A stretch of DNA of 64,000 nt from Camelus ferus. Taxonomy: Eukaryota. The stretch spans positions 101,682,001 through 101,746,000 of the forward strand of contig NC_045696.1 of the NCBI RefSeq assembly GCF_009834535.1, read 5' to 3'. Of this stretch, positions 63,886 to 64,000 are shown in pieces (the stretch's first letter is position 1; each line of letters starts with the position of its first letter). The position numbers and the translations under genes are program-made. The notes under the pieces are model-generated. The model saw only the letters and a list, made by a program, of their open reading frames with translations, searched no databases and had not been told where the DNA came from.

Positions 63886-64000
63886 TGTCCCAGGAAGATG
63901 ACAATGACCCCTCACATCCCCATGCTCTTTCACTAATATAATTGTGCCCTCTTCTCATTAAGAGATGGGTGTCTATTCCCCCCCCCCCCACTTAAAGTTG
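63886..64000 (+). mobile_element. 5' part of an MLT1 LTR, running off the end of the window
   Basis: 'cccctcacatccccatgctcttt...cccttctcattaagagatgggtgtctattcccc'. Confidence 0.55.

Noticed and set aside
1..64000. CRISPR array, operon or prokaryotic defence system
   Set aside because: There are no regularly spaced repeats or gene-dense regions, and the sequence is mammalian non-coding DNA.

Overview
This is AT-rich, CpG-depleted mammalian genomic DNA, not prokaryotic. Two copies of a tRNA-derived SINE resembling the camelid Vic-1 family (32420, 49520) point to a camelid (camel, alpaca or llama). I found no credible protein-coding sequence. The ORF track is explained by chance ORFs, repeats and microsatellites. 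Much of the window is recognisable interspersed repeat: L1, L2, MIR, CR1/L3, MaLR/ERV LTRs, and MER5/MER3/Tigger/MER44 DNA transposons. It is therefore intergenic or deep intronic. The most notable items are: (1) an L1 fragment flanked by a ~165-190 bp direct duplication that looks like a giant target-site duplication; (2) two different solo LTRs with intact 4-bp TSDs bracketing an 86-nt exon-like segment with strong splice signals; (3) several nested transposon insertions with readable TSDs; (4) isolated exon-like segments and CpG-retaining unique patches. I do not see evidence for a new biological system. Subfamily names come from my recall of consensus sequences, not from a search. Boundaries are approximate unless a TSD is quoted.
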